This document shows, one piece after another, positions 30,619-38,028 of a stretch of 64,000 nt of DNA. Within the stretch, counting starts at the first letter, position 1; the number at the start of each line of letters is the position of its first letter. The notes under the pieces were generated by a model. The model did no database searches. It was not told the DNA's origin and worked only from the letters and a program-made list of their open reading frames with translations. Both the position numbers and the translations under genes were made by a program. This DNA is from Cyanophyceae cyanobacterium (GTDB lineage Bacteria > Cyanobacteriota > Cyanobacteriia > Cyanobacteriales > JBHJGN01). Where the stretch lies: contig JBHJGN010000051.1 of NCBI GenBank assembly GCA_050331735.1, positions 1 to 64,000 of the forward strand, in the 5' to 3' direction.

Positions 30619-30984
30619 ATGGCTGCAATCAAAGACTTAACTTTTCAGCAATTACAGGACGCTATTGGCGTTGCTGATGCCATTACAGTCATCGGCACTG
30701 CTCCCAATGAAACCCTGAGTATTGACGTTTCTAAAGTGACAGGGGACAGCATCCAGGCACTCACCGATACGGGGGTATTGGAACTGTTTGCCAAGCTTTA
30801 CTATGCCTGTCGTGACGCTCAAGCCACCGTCAATGAAGGACAGGTAGATGGCGAGCGTTTAAACGCCATTCTAGATCCGGTCACCAATCCAGTGAACGCG
30901 GACACCATTGAAATCATTATGCAGAGTCAGGTAGAAGTGCCTATCTCTAGCAACCTGCTCGTCGTTTACGGACCTAATAACTAG
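30619..30984 (+). CDS. Element hypothetical protein (121 aa), candidate virion protein
   Basis: Clean ORF beginning MAAIKDL, acidic and Ala/Thr/Val-rich; no family recognised. Confidence 0.7.
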   Translation: MAAIKDLTFQQLQDAIGVADAITVIGTAPNETLSIDVSKVTGDSIQALTDTGVLELFAKLYYACRDAQATVNEGQVDGERLNAILDPVTNPVNADTIEIIMQSQVEVPISSNLLVVYGPNN

Positions 30985-30996
30985 GAGGATTAACTA

Positions 30997-31566
30997 ATGG
31001 CTCAGAAGGTATGGGAAGCGCAACGAAATCTAGAGTACGTTCAGGCGCGGAATAATTACTACTCCAATTTGCAAAGACCCAGAAAGTCTACGGTAACGAG
31101 ACAGCCAAAGGATACCTATCTTTATCGCTCCATGCTGTTACGTCAAAACGGCAGTGTACCAACCTACGCTGTTCAAGTGTCCCGTCCTGCCAAGGAGTTT
31201 TTTGCTGGAACCGGAGATCCGGGAGCGCTAGGACTATCCGCACTCAGCAATGAAGACTTTTATCCAGGACCGCCGCGAAACTTTAAGACCTCTAAGATTA
31301 AAGCTATTGTCGGCGATGCTACTCCAACAGTCAGCAATGCGTTTGACGATCCTAATGGCAGACGCATTATCAAATACTACGGCAATACTGCTGGAGATGC
31401 TCAAGCGCACTATCAAGCGCCTATCTGCGCTCGCAGCGGCAATAACGGTCCTCAAGACGTGATCAACCAGTTTCGTGAGGTAGCAAGAGCCAAGGCTGGA
31501 GCAGTAATACCGCCATACGGGAAAATTCATCTCCAGTTTGAGCAATATACCCTCAGCGGCACATGA
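30997..31566 (+). CDS. Element hypothetical protein (189 aa), basic N-terminus
   Basis: Strong SD AGGAGG upstream; N-terminal ARNNYYSNLQRPRKSTVTR. Confidence 0.7.
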   Translation: MAQKVWEAQRNLEYVQARNNYYSNLQRPRKSTVTRQPKDTYLYRSMLLRQNGSVPTYAVQVSRPAKEFFAGTGDPGALGLSALSNEDFYPGPPRNFKTSKIKAIVGDATPTVSNAFDDPNGRRIIKYYGNTAGDAQAHYQAPICARSGNNGPQDVINQFREVARAKAGAVIPPYGKIHLQFEQYTLSGT

Positions 31567-31784
31567 AGCTGATTGAGTTTGAGACTCCGGCCATTTGGAC
31601 TCCTAACATGGATGACGAGGAGCGAGAGTTTGAATTAGATCGGATGCTGGCCCGCTCTCTGGCTACGAAAGACTGGCTAGAGGGTCGGCTCAACACCGCC
31701 GACTGGATGGATTGCATGGATTATTACGGCGTGGATATTTTGCAAGCAGCGCAGGATTGGAACCAGGGCATCAGCTATATCTAA
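31563..31784 (+). CDS. Small acidic hypothetical protein (73 aa)
   Basis: ATGA overlap upstream and TAATG overlap downstream. Confidence 0.6.
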   Translation: MKLIEFETPAIWTPNMDDEEREFELDRMLARSLATKDWLEGRLNTADWMDCMDYYGVDILQAAQDWNQGISYI

Positions 31785-32203
31785 TGAGTCTCTATCAGGT
31801 TGAGGCAGACTACAGCTATAGCAATAATTGGACGCTGATCCGGGAAAGCTACCACCAGGAACAAATCCCCATTTTCCCGCCCAAGTCGCCGCGCATTTCG
31901 GGTTTTTGGATCTCGGGTACTCATACACAAATTGTCTGGGCTGCTCAGATAGAAACGGAAAAGTACAAGGATTCGTGGCACACGGGTGGATGGCTGAGTC
32001 AGCGGATTGACGTGCCAGGGGTGTTTAATTCTGGACGGACGGCCAAGGTCCAGATCCCTCTTAATGAGGTGTATTTATTTACTTTGCCCTCTGTCAATCA
32101 GGAGTATCGACTTTACTTTGCTCCGGCTCCCTGGTTGATTGATATGACCTTCCGTCTGTGGAAGTTTACCGGGGAAGTTAAAGGTAATGATTTGGTTACT
32201 TAA
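31784..32203 (+). CDS. Beta-rich hypothetical protein (139 aa, MSLYQVEADY...), candidate spike/vertex protein
   Basis: TAATG coupling at 31782-31786; alternating aromatic/hydrophobic strands. Confidence 0.6.
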   Translation: MSLYQVEADYSYSNNWTLIRESYHQEQIPIFPPKSPRISGFWISGTHTQIVWAAQIETEKYKDSWHTGGWLSQRIDVPGVFNSGRTAKVQIPLNEVYLFTLPSVNQEYRLYFAPAPWLIDMTFRLWKFTGEVKGNDLVT

Positions 32204-32528
32204 CCCTCACACTAAAAAACGCTTTGAAGTCACTGGCAAAGTATTTAGGGTGGGCCGATCTCCTGACTGCCACCTTACGATTAACAGCCGCAGAGTGAGC
32301 CGGGTTCACTTTACGCTCGTTAAGTTTAGCGAGGAAGAGAGCGGCTATACGTTGTTTGACGGGGATTTTGAAGAGGCGAGGCCGTCGCGGAACGGGGTGA
32401 AGGTAGGCTGGACTTGGGTGGTGGGGAGCCAGATCTTGAAGCATAATGACCACATTATTTTTGCCGGCCAGTCGCTGATCTATCAGCAGCCCGGTTGGAC
32501 CCGGCCACCTCATCTGACGGTGTTCTAA
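32187..32528 (+). CDS. FHA domain protein
   Basis: Canonical FHA residues VGRSPDC, VSRVH and SRNG. Confidence 0.9.
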   Translation: MIWLLNPHTKKRFEVTGKVFRVGRSPDCHLTINSRRVSRVHFTLVKFSEEESGYTLFDGDFEEARPSRNGVKVGWTWVVGSQILKHNDHIIFAGQSLIYQQPGWTRPPHLTVF

Positions 32529-32761
32529 TGAGCCTACAAGAGTTTATCGGACTACTGTGTGTTATCGTCCCTGGCGTGTTTTGGTTCGCCACGATTGAGG
32601 TCCGACTGCGGACCATGCAGCTTGGCCTGACCGAATACCTGCGAGCGCAGAGAATGAACGATGGCAAGCACGATCGCACGTTGATTAAACATCATGCCCG
32701 ACTGGACCAGCTAGAAAACTTCCTAGAGAAACACCATGAGTACCGCATCCGGCACGATTAA
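32528..32761 (+). CDS. Small single-TM + coiled-coil protein (holin/hemolysin XhlA-like)
   Basis: TAATG start, MSLQEFIGLLCVIVPGVFWFA hydrophobic helix then HARLDQLE; immediately upstream of the endolysin. Confidence 0.55.
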   Translation: MSLQEFIGLLCVIVPGVFWFATIEVRLRTMQLGLTEYLRAQRMNDGKHDRTLIKHHARLDQLENFLEKHHEYRIRHD

Positions 32762-33374
32762 CCTAGAGAACTTCTTTCACTACTACGATCGCCGCAATCC
32801 GCAGCATTTGCTGGCAATCCAGAGATTGAGTGAGCAAATGAGCGCAGCGCTTCAGATGGATAGTTCGGACTGGGTAAAGATCTATCGGACTCCGCTGCAA
32901 GCACCGGCGGCTGAGGAAGGGAAGTCAATCGCCGCCACAGAGTCGGTGCGACAGCCCTATAGCGGCGTGATTGACTGGGACGATCCAAACTCCTACGTTT
33001 CAGAATACTTTACGGTGAAGGAAGTGACGCAGGGAGACCGGCGACGGATTCCCCAGACCGACGACATTAAGCAGAACATTGTCACGCTGGCGAAGTACAT
33101 GGACGAGGTGCGTAAGCTGTGGGGCAGCGCGATTGGGGTAACGAGTTGGTACAGGCCGCCGCGCATTAACGCGATGGTTGGTGGCGTGAGGAACTCTCAG
33201 CACATTAGTGGTCGGGCCGTGGACGTGTATCCGCTCAACGGGAAGTCGGCGGAGTTTGAGCAGTGGCTGGACCAGGTGGCGTGGAAGAACCGGGCGCTTG
33301 GCTATGGAGTCGCTTCGGGCCGTGGGTTTACTCATTTGGATCTGAGACCCAAGCGAATCCGATGGCACTACTAA
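32736..33374 (+). CDS. Peptidase M15A (D-Ala-D-Ala carboxypeptidase family) putative endolysin
   Basis: VTSWYRPP.IN..VGG..NSQHISGRAVD and FTHLDLR zinc-binding motifs. N-terminal LENFFHYY...QH..AI..L module. Confidence 0.88.
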   Translation: MSTASGTINLENFFHYYDRRNPQHLLAIQRLSEQMSAALQMDSSDWVKIYRTPLQAPAAEEGKSIAATESVRQPYSGVIDWDDPNSYVSEYFTVKEVTQGDRRRIPQTDDIKQNIVTLAKYMDEVRKLWGSAIGVTSWYRPPRINAMVGGVRNSQHISGRAVDVYPLNGKSAEFEQWLDQVAWKNRALGYGVASGRGFTHLDLRPKRIRWHY

Positions 33375-33547
33375 CCCATATCGTCAAAAGCCTCACCACC
33401 CGCAGTACAGTTGTATTACTGCTGCTTCTTGGTAGTCTGTACTTAGCTGTGACAGATACGAGCTTTAGGCCACTGTTTTCTGATTTGGCTAAAGTGGGTT
33501 TGGGCGGATATCTAGGGCAGCTACGTCCAGAGTCTAAAGAACGATAG
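33362..33547 (+). CDS. Small membrane protein (61 aa), candidate holin
   Basis: MALLTHIVKSLTTRSTVVLLLLLGSLYLAV...FSDLAKVGLGGYLGQL, overlapping the endolysin 3' end. Confidence 0.55.
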   Translation: MALLTHIVKSLTTRSTVVLLLLLGSLYLAVTDTSFRPLFSDLAKVGLGGYLGQLRPESKER

Positions 33548-33744
33548 TGACTATATACGTTTTGGTTGATCTGCACACTGGCTATCCCTACGATGCCTTT
33601 AAGACTTTAGAAGCAGCACAAAATTACTGTCGGCGCATTGGCAAACCCGAGGTTAGACCGTTTCGGGTTCCGCTGCATGGCAGTGAGTGTGAGCCGGGAT
33701 GCTTGCTACCGCTTGTGCCGATTCCTCAGCTAGCGATTGCTTAG
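33547..33744 (+). CDS. Small hypothetical protein (65 aa)
   Basis: GTG start overlapping the upstream stop; YVLVD...AFKTLEAAQNYC phage-like small beta-beta-alpha pattern. Confidence 0.5.
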   Translation: MTIYVLVDLHTGYPYDAFKTLEAAQNYCRRIGKPEVRPFRVPLHGSECEPGCLLPLVPIPQLAIA

Positions 33745-33969
33745 GGCCGATGGAACGACGCGCCAACATTCGGTATCCAAAGACAGCATCTCTATGCTCT
33801 TCTGAATCGCACCGGTGCGAGTTTCGGTGGAGCAGTAGAGAAACCGATAGTTGGTAAAGGCCGATGGCGTAATCCGTTCTACCTGCCAGCGGTAAGGGGA
33901 GAGGGTGAGATAGATTTCGTCGCCCTCTTTGAGCTGGCTGATCGACACGAGTTGGGTTCTAGGTTTCAT
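33730..33969 (-). CDS. Small hypothetical protein (79 aa), SH3/KOW-like
   Basis: ISQLKEGDEIYL motif; overlaps the upstream gene end. Confidence 0.5.
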   Translation of the reverse strand: MKPRTQLVSISQLKEGDEIYLTLSPYRWQVERITPSAFTNYRFLYCSTETRTGAIQKSIEMLSLDTECWRVVPSALSNR

Positions 33970-34684
33970 CTTTCTGCAAGTCTGTTTGCGGAATGGAGCC
34001 GGTTTCTCCGGGCTTGCCTTCTCTCTGGCAAATATAGCGAAAGTCTAAGGCTGAGGTAGGCACGACTTCTTTGACAATGAGTGACTGATCCTTGAGGGAT
34101 TGATGGCGATCGCCTACGTAAACCACGCGATCGCCTTCTTTGTACTTGGCTAGCGATGGTGCTTGATTGTAATTTGTCTCAGCGTGAAGATTTCCTATAT
34201 CCCTGTTCAAAACATTCAGTGATCCTTCACTTTTAAGATCACTAAAAAAAATTGTGCTTTTTTGACGAGGATCACTTTGAGGATCACATTGATTTTCCTT
34301 GTCTGGCAAGGCTTCTGACGGCTTGTGATCTTGTGATCTCGCTTTTTTCTGATTTGAGCCTTTTGTTGAAGAGGCTTGACTCCCATTTTTTTGTGATCCA
34401 GGATCACAATTGCCCTCTAGTCCTTGTTTGTCAGTAGTTTCGTCTGTGATCTCTCTAGTGATCTCTGCTTGAGGATCACTGTTGTCTCGGTCTAGGAAAT
34501 ATAAAAACGGGCTGCGCTGATGCGACTCGCGTTCTCTGTTGACAACTCCTTCATTAGCCAAATCTGACAAAGTAGATCTCACGTGATTCCATGTGCCAGG
34601 AACCCACTGTTCAAACTCTTTAGCTTTAAATTTTGCGTTAGGATGCTCGCGCAGGTGCTTGATGATAGCTTCTTTAGTTTGCAT
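33959..34684 (-). CDS. Putative winged-helix DNA-binding replication protein with low-complexity linker and C-terminal KOW/SH3-like domain
   Basis: N-terminal helix-rich KEAIIKHL...HVRSTLSDLANEGVVNR wHTH pattern; C-terminal YKEGDRVVYVG; perfect SD TAAGGAGG. Confidence 0.6.
   Translation of the reverse strand: MQTKEAIIKHLREHPNAKFKAKEFEQWVPGTWNHVRSTLSDLANEGVVNRERESHQRSPFLYFLDRDNSDPQAEITREITDETTDKQGLEGNCDPGSQKNGSQASSTKGSNQKKARSQDHKPSEALPDKENQCDPQSDPRQKSTIFFSDLKSEGSLNVLNRDIGNLHAETNYNQAPSLAKYKEGDRVVYVGDRHQSLKDQSLIVKEVVPTSALDFRYICQREGKPGETGSIPQTDLQKDET
34219..34479. repeat. Cluster of 11 GTGATC/GATCAC hexamers, putative iteron origin of the element
   Basis: Copies at 34219, 34237, 34270, 34282, 34325, 34333, 34393, 34402, 34446, 34458, 34474, including the inverted repeat TTGTGATCC-A-GGATCACAA (34391-34409). 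Confidence 0.7.
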
Positions 34685-34699
34685 GTTCTCTATTCCTCC

Positions 34700-36097
34700 T
34701 TATTGGTCTACTCTCCCGTGACAGGTTACTGAAAAGTCTTCAGTGTTAATTTCAATTTTGGTTGCTCCTAAACAACGAGAGCGAGATTTTTCGTGAATGA
34801 GCAAGCGAACAGTTGAGTTTAGATCGTTGTCCTGCGGATCTCGCATGATGTGCAGGACTTCCGAAACAGAAGCCACAATAGCGCTTGACCCCCTTGATTG
34901 CTTCTCTTTGCTGTCGTGATGAAGAATAAGGATCGTCGCTCCGGTTTCAGCGGCGATGTCTCTCAGCATCAGAATCGGACGGGCATACTCAGCATCGTTT
35001 TCTGAGATGAGAGAGTTTTTGCTGACGCTGGTTAACGAATCAATGACCACAAACTCCGAACCGTGTTCAATGATTTCCTTCCGCAAGTGCTGCATGTGGT
35101 CTACAGTCCACTTTGTTTTGACGCGGATAGGCATACCCCCCTCAATGCCTCGGTTAGCAAGCTTCCTCAGCATGTCACTGGGAGCCTCGTCGGTCTGCAC
35201 AATTAGGCAGCGGCGGGAGTCTTTTGTTACCGAGTAATTGCCCCAATGAGTTCCTGTGGCTAGATGAAAGACGAAGTTATAGGCCGTCGTCGTCTTGTTG
35301 TCACCAGCAGCGCCGTGCAGAAGGACTGTTTTGCCAACAGGCAACATACCCTGCTGAAGCCACTTGTTAACGTCGTATCCGTACTTAGCAATTGCCTCTT
35401 CTAGGGGCATCGATGGCTCATTCTCCTGAGCAATCAAGCTCTTGTAGTAGAGGTTCTTAAGCGCGTTTACGTCTCTGCGGTTATGTTTGTTGGCTAACTC
35501 CTGAAGCAAAAACTCTCTATGGTCGGGTCGGTCTACCTCTAGTTCTATGCGCTGGACTTCAGCGACAAGCTTGTTGCATTGCTCAATGGCATATTCATCG
35601 CTAGAGCTATAGCGATGGCGTGACTGCGTTACTCGGTGAGTTAGAGCTTCGATCTTCTGAAGAAAGTCTCTGACGGGAGCGGCAAAGGTGTAGCCTACTT
35701 TTTGAATCTCAGCGCCAAGACCAATTGCTTCCCGATGAAGCATCTTGTCTATTAGAAGGCGAGCTAGATTATCTATGTTGGCAGCAGACACACATCGATC
35801 TATGAAATGCGCTAGCTTGCTTGCCCCGCCTATTTTGTCAAGCTTTTTGCGCTCGACCAGATAATTTGTGACCGTAATCAAATCGGTCACTTGTTTTTCT
35901 TCGGCAACGTGGCAAATTGCCTTGTATATCTCCTGATGGTCCTTGAGCAAGAAAGCTTCAGGAACTAGGATATCCTTGACTCTGGAGTACGCCTCTCGGT
36001 CAAAAAGTAAGCCTCCCAGCACTGATTCTTCCGCGTCAATGCTGCTGGGCAGGGGATAGTCAAGAACGTTGGTAAAAGTTGTATTATTAGGATACAT
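34700..36097 (-). CDS. DnaB N-terminal domain fused to an AAA_25/RepA-like ATPase (element replicative helicase)
   Basis: PSSIDAEESVLGGLL...F....HQEIYKAI...DLITV DnaB-N signature. Walker A variant GAAGDNKTT, Walker B FVVIDSL, ILHH..K and RGSSAI. Confidence 0.85.
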   Translation of the reverse strand: MYPNNTTFTNVLDYPLPSSIDAEESVLGGLLFDREAYSRVKDILVPEAFLLKDHQEIYKAICHVAEEKQVTDLITVTNYLVERKKLDKIGGASKLAHFIDRCVSAANIDNLARLLIDKMLHREAIGLGAEIQKVGYTFAAPVRDFLQKIEALTHRVTQSRHRYSSSDEYAIEQCNKLVAEVQRIELEVDRPDHREFLLQELANKHNRRDVNALKNLYYKSLIAQENEPSMPLEEAIAKYGYDVNKWLQQGMLPVGKTVLLHGAAGDNKTTTAYNFVFHLATGTHWGNYSVTKDSRRCLIVQTDEAPSDMLRKLANRGIEGGMPIRVKTKWTVDHMQHLRKEIIEHGSEFVVIDSLTSVSKNSLISENDAEYARPILMLRDIAAETGATILILHHDSKEKQSRGSSAIVASVSEVLHIMRDPQDNDLNSTVRLLIHEKSRSRCLGATKIEINTEDFSVTCHGRVDQ

Positions 36098-36286
36098 ATT
36101 GTCCCTCCTATGGGCAATCTAGAGCAGAACAGGAGTGTGGTGTCTGGCCAAGACGAGAACGCTCCTGTTTTTGCTTTTTAATATTGTGCTTTTGATTTTA
36201 CCCTAGTTAAGGAAATGTGATCTTCAATCAGTGATCCTCCTTCCGTTTTTTAAACCCTTTCCTTGATTTTCCGGTTCTGGTCTTGC

Positions 36287-36547
36287 TCAGTCATGACCTT
36301 CCTCCTCATTCCAACGAGTCAGGCGAGTCAGAATAGCGTCTAGTTTTCCGTTAGCGGCTTTAATTTCTTGCTTGACTTCTGCCAGCTCCGCATCAAAATG
36401 TTCTTCTAGCTTTTCAAAGGCTTCACCAATCCAGCCCTCCGGATCGATAACGCGGTCAAACTCATCTTGGGTTTGCTCGAGCTTAGCTATGCGTCTCTCC
36501 AAAGCCGCTATCTTGCGAAATAGTTCGCCGCTATAGCCATCAGTCAT
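36287..36547 (-). CDS. Small coiled-coil hypothetical protein (86 aa)
   Basis: Heptad pattern; start overlaps the upstream gene end, GGAGG SD. Confidence 0.6.
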   Translation of the reverse strand: MTDGYSGELFRKIAALERRIAKLEQTQDEFDRVIDPEGWIGEAFEKLEEHFDAELAEVKQEIKAANGKLDAILTRLTRWNEEEGHD

Positions 36548-36755
36548 GATTAACCTCCGGCTTTAGTCTGCCCGACCTGGCGGCCGCCACCAAATCTTCT
36601 ACCCGTTGGCTAGCATTACCACTACGCTTAAGCCATTGAACAACATCGGGCATCAAGGTAAGAGTAATCTGCTGTTTGCCTTTAAACCTAGCCGATGCTC
36701 CCTTCTCAAGATTGGCTAGGGAGTTAGGATGCATTTTTCTTTTAGCTTCTGGCAT
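36540..36755 (-). CDS. Small ribbon-helix-helix-like DNA-binding protein (71 aa)
   Basis: MHPNSLANL then KQQITLTLMPDVVQWLKRSGNASQRVEDLV beta-alpha-alpha pattern. Confidence 0.6.
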   Translation of the reverse strand: MPEAKRKMHPNSLANLEKGASARFKGKQQITLTLMPDVVQWLKRSGNASQRVEDLVAAARSGRLKPEVNHD

Positions 36756-36783
36756 AAATCTAATTACACTGGTAATTAGATTT
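36756..36783. promoter_or_regulatory. Perfect 12-bp inverted repeat (putative operator)
   Basis: AAATCTAATTAC-actg-GTAATTAGATTT directly abutting the start codon of the 71-aa gene. Confidence 0.6.
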
Positions 36784-36798
36784 TAGCAGGGGATTGAT

Positions 36799-36834
36799 AC
36801 AAAAAGCGATCACCCGCAGCACCGAGCGATCGCC
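36799..36834 (-). terminator. HIP1-based terminator hairpin, copy 1 of a 36-bp direct repeat
   Basis: Minus strand GGCGATCGCTCG-gtgctg-CGGGTGATCGC-TTTTT; 35/36 identical to 37471-37506. Confidence 0.7.
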
Positions 36835-36842
36835 AGTAGCAA

Positions 36843-37157
36843 TTATTGATTTTTCCCAAAATAAAAGCCGACAGCAGTACCAATTAACGTGCCTTGAGAA
36901 GTGATAATTAACGTAATAACTTCTTGTCTCTCGTCTTTGTCTAATCCCCAGAGCACAACGCCGAAGCAGCCCACCAGGGTTAAGGCATAAATTATCAGTA
37001 CAGCAGGAGCTAAAAAGCTTCTGGTAGCCTCCTGAGACTCTCTGATTCGAGTATTGGAGGCTTTAATGTGATAATCATAATGCCGAGTTGGGGGTTCTTC
37101 ATTAAGGGAATCAATGTTTGGCGGCTCTGAGGGAGAAAGACTGCTGTCGTCTGGCAT
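36843..37157 (-). CDS. Two-TM membrane protein (104 aa)
   Basis: Two hydrophobic helices ending GTLIGTAVGFYFG; TAATG-coupled to the upstream RHH gene. Confidence 0.7.
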   Translation of the reverse strand: MPDDSSLSPSEPPNIDSLNEEPPTRHYDYHIKASNTRIRESQEATRSFLAPAVLIIYALTLVGCFGVVLWGLDKDERQEVITLIITSQGTLIGTAVGFYFGKNQ

Positions 37158-37378
37158 TACCTGAAGACCACCTCACGATAGTTGTCTTCCTTTTGCAGCA
37201 AAACCTTATTTCCTTCCTTGATCGCGTTTTCGATGTAGTCTTCTGTGGTAACAGCTCGACGAATAGCGTCAGTCATTGTCAGGCCGTGACGGTTAGCGAT
37301 AAGCTTAATTTTCTCAATAGTTTCCAATGGGAGAGCAACAGTCACTTTCTTCGTGACTGGCTTGTCTGTAGTAGTCAT
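37157..37378 (-). CDS. CopG/RHH family DNA-binding protein (73 aa)
   Basis: KKVTVALPLETIEKIKLIANRHGLTMTDAIRRAV; GAAGGA SD before ATG 37378. Confidence 0.8.
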   Translation of the reverse strand: MTTTDKPVTKKVTVALPLETIEKIKLIANRHGLTMTDAIRRAVTTEDYIENAIKEGNKVLLQKEDNYREVVFR

Positions 37379-37470
37379 GTTTCCTTCGCTGGCTAAACTA
37401 GAACTGGTTATACTAACAGAATACAGCAAATATTAGTATCATACATGCATAAATTGTATGACAATAGACA

Positions 37471-37506
37471 ACAAAAAGCGATCGCCCGCAGCACCGAGCG
37501 ATCGCC
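37471..37506 (-). terminator. HIP1-based terminator hairpin, copy 2 of the 36-bp direct repeat
   Basis: Minus strand GGCGATCGCTCG-gtgctg-CGGGCGATCGC-TTTTT, downstream of the 106-aa gene. Confidence 0.7.
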
Positions 37507-37556
37507 TGGACACCATATCAGATTTAAATTTCGTATATGAATAGCTCAGTTATAGC

Positions 37557-37877
37557 TCACCATATGAGAACACCGTCATCGCTCACATGGTCCTTCCAAC
37601 AGTCCTGTATCTCTTCAGAGACGTAACCCGTTTCAGAGGCTGTAACTATGGCTTCTTGACAGCGTTCGCTCTTGCACGCCAAGTCATGCTCCCAGGTTAC
37701 GCACTGCTCGCTATGGGCAAATAGAACGTCTGGGTCGCCGGTGCGGTCGTGAACGTAACACATCACAGCTTCAACGAGTTCAGCAGGAGTGCATTCTGTG
37801 CTGTCACAAACTTGCTCTAGCTCGTTGATAACTCGCTGCACATACTTATCATCGACGATAGTTGGTTTCCTTTGCAT
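37557..37877 (-). CDS. Cys/His-rich acidic hypothetical protein (106 aa)
   Basis: ORF next to attR, with its own terminator downstream. Confidence 0.55.
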   Translation of the reverse strand: MQRKPTIVDDKYVQRVINELEQVCDSTECTPAELVEAVMCYVHDRTGDPDVLFAHSEQCVTWEHDLACKSERCQEAIVTASETGYVSEEIQDCWKDHVSDDGVLIW

Positions 37878-37881
37878 CGTT

Positions 37882-37967
37882 TTACTAGAAAATTACTACA
37901 AACCCGCTTCGCTATAGCAGTGGCCTAAACGTGCTTAAAAACAAAGATTTACTACAGAGTTACTACA
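37882..37967 (+). promoter_or_regulatory. Putative integrase arm-type sites near attR
   Basis: TTACTAGA/TTACTACA at 37882/37893 and TTACTACA/TTACTACA at 37949/37960, each pair 11 bp apart as at attL. Confidence 0.7.
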
Positions 37968-38028
37968 CTCGCAAAACGTCAAAATGCTACAATTATTAGT
38001 ACAGCTAGCGTTGAGGGCAAAAACCCGT

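Noticed and set aside
27081..33744. Calling the element an inovirus because of the pIII-like Gly-rich protein
   Set aside because: No Zot/pI ATPase and no HUH Rep, and it encodes a peptidoglycan hydrolase, unlike extruded filamentous phages.
34700..36097. Host replicative helicase dnaB
   Set aside because: Only the N-terminal domain is DnaB-like. The ATPase lacks the DnaB ARPSMGKT-type motif and the gene lies inside the att-bounded element.
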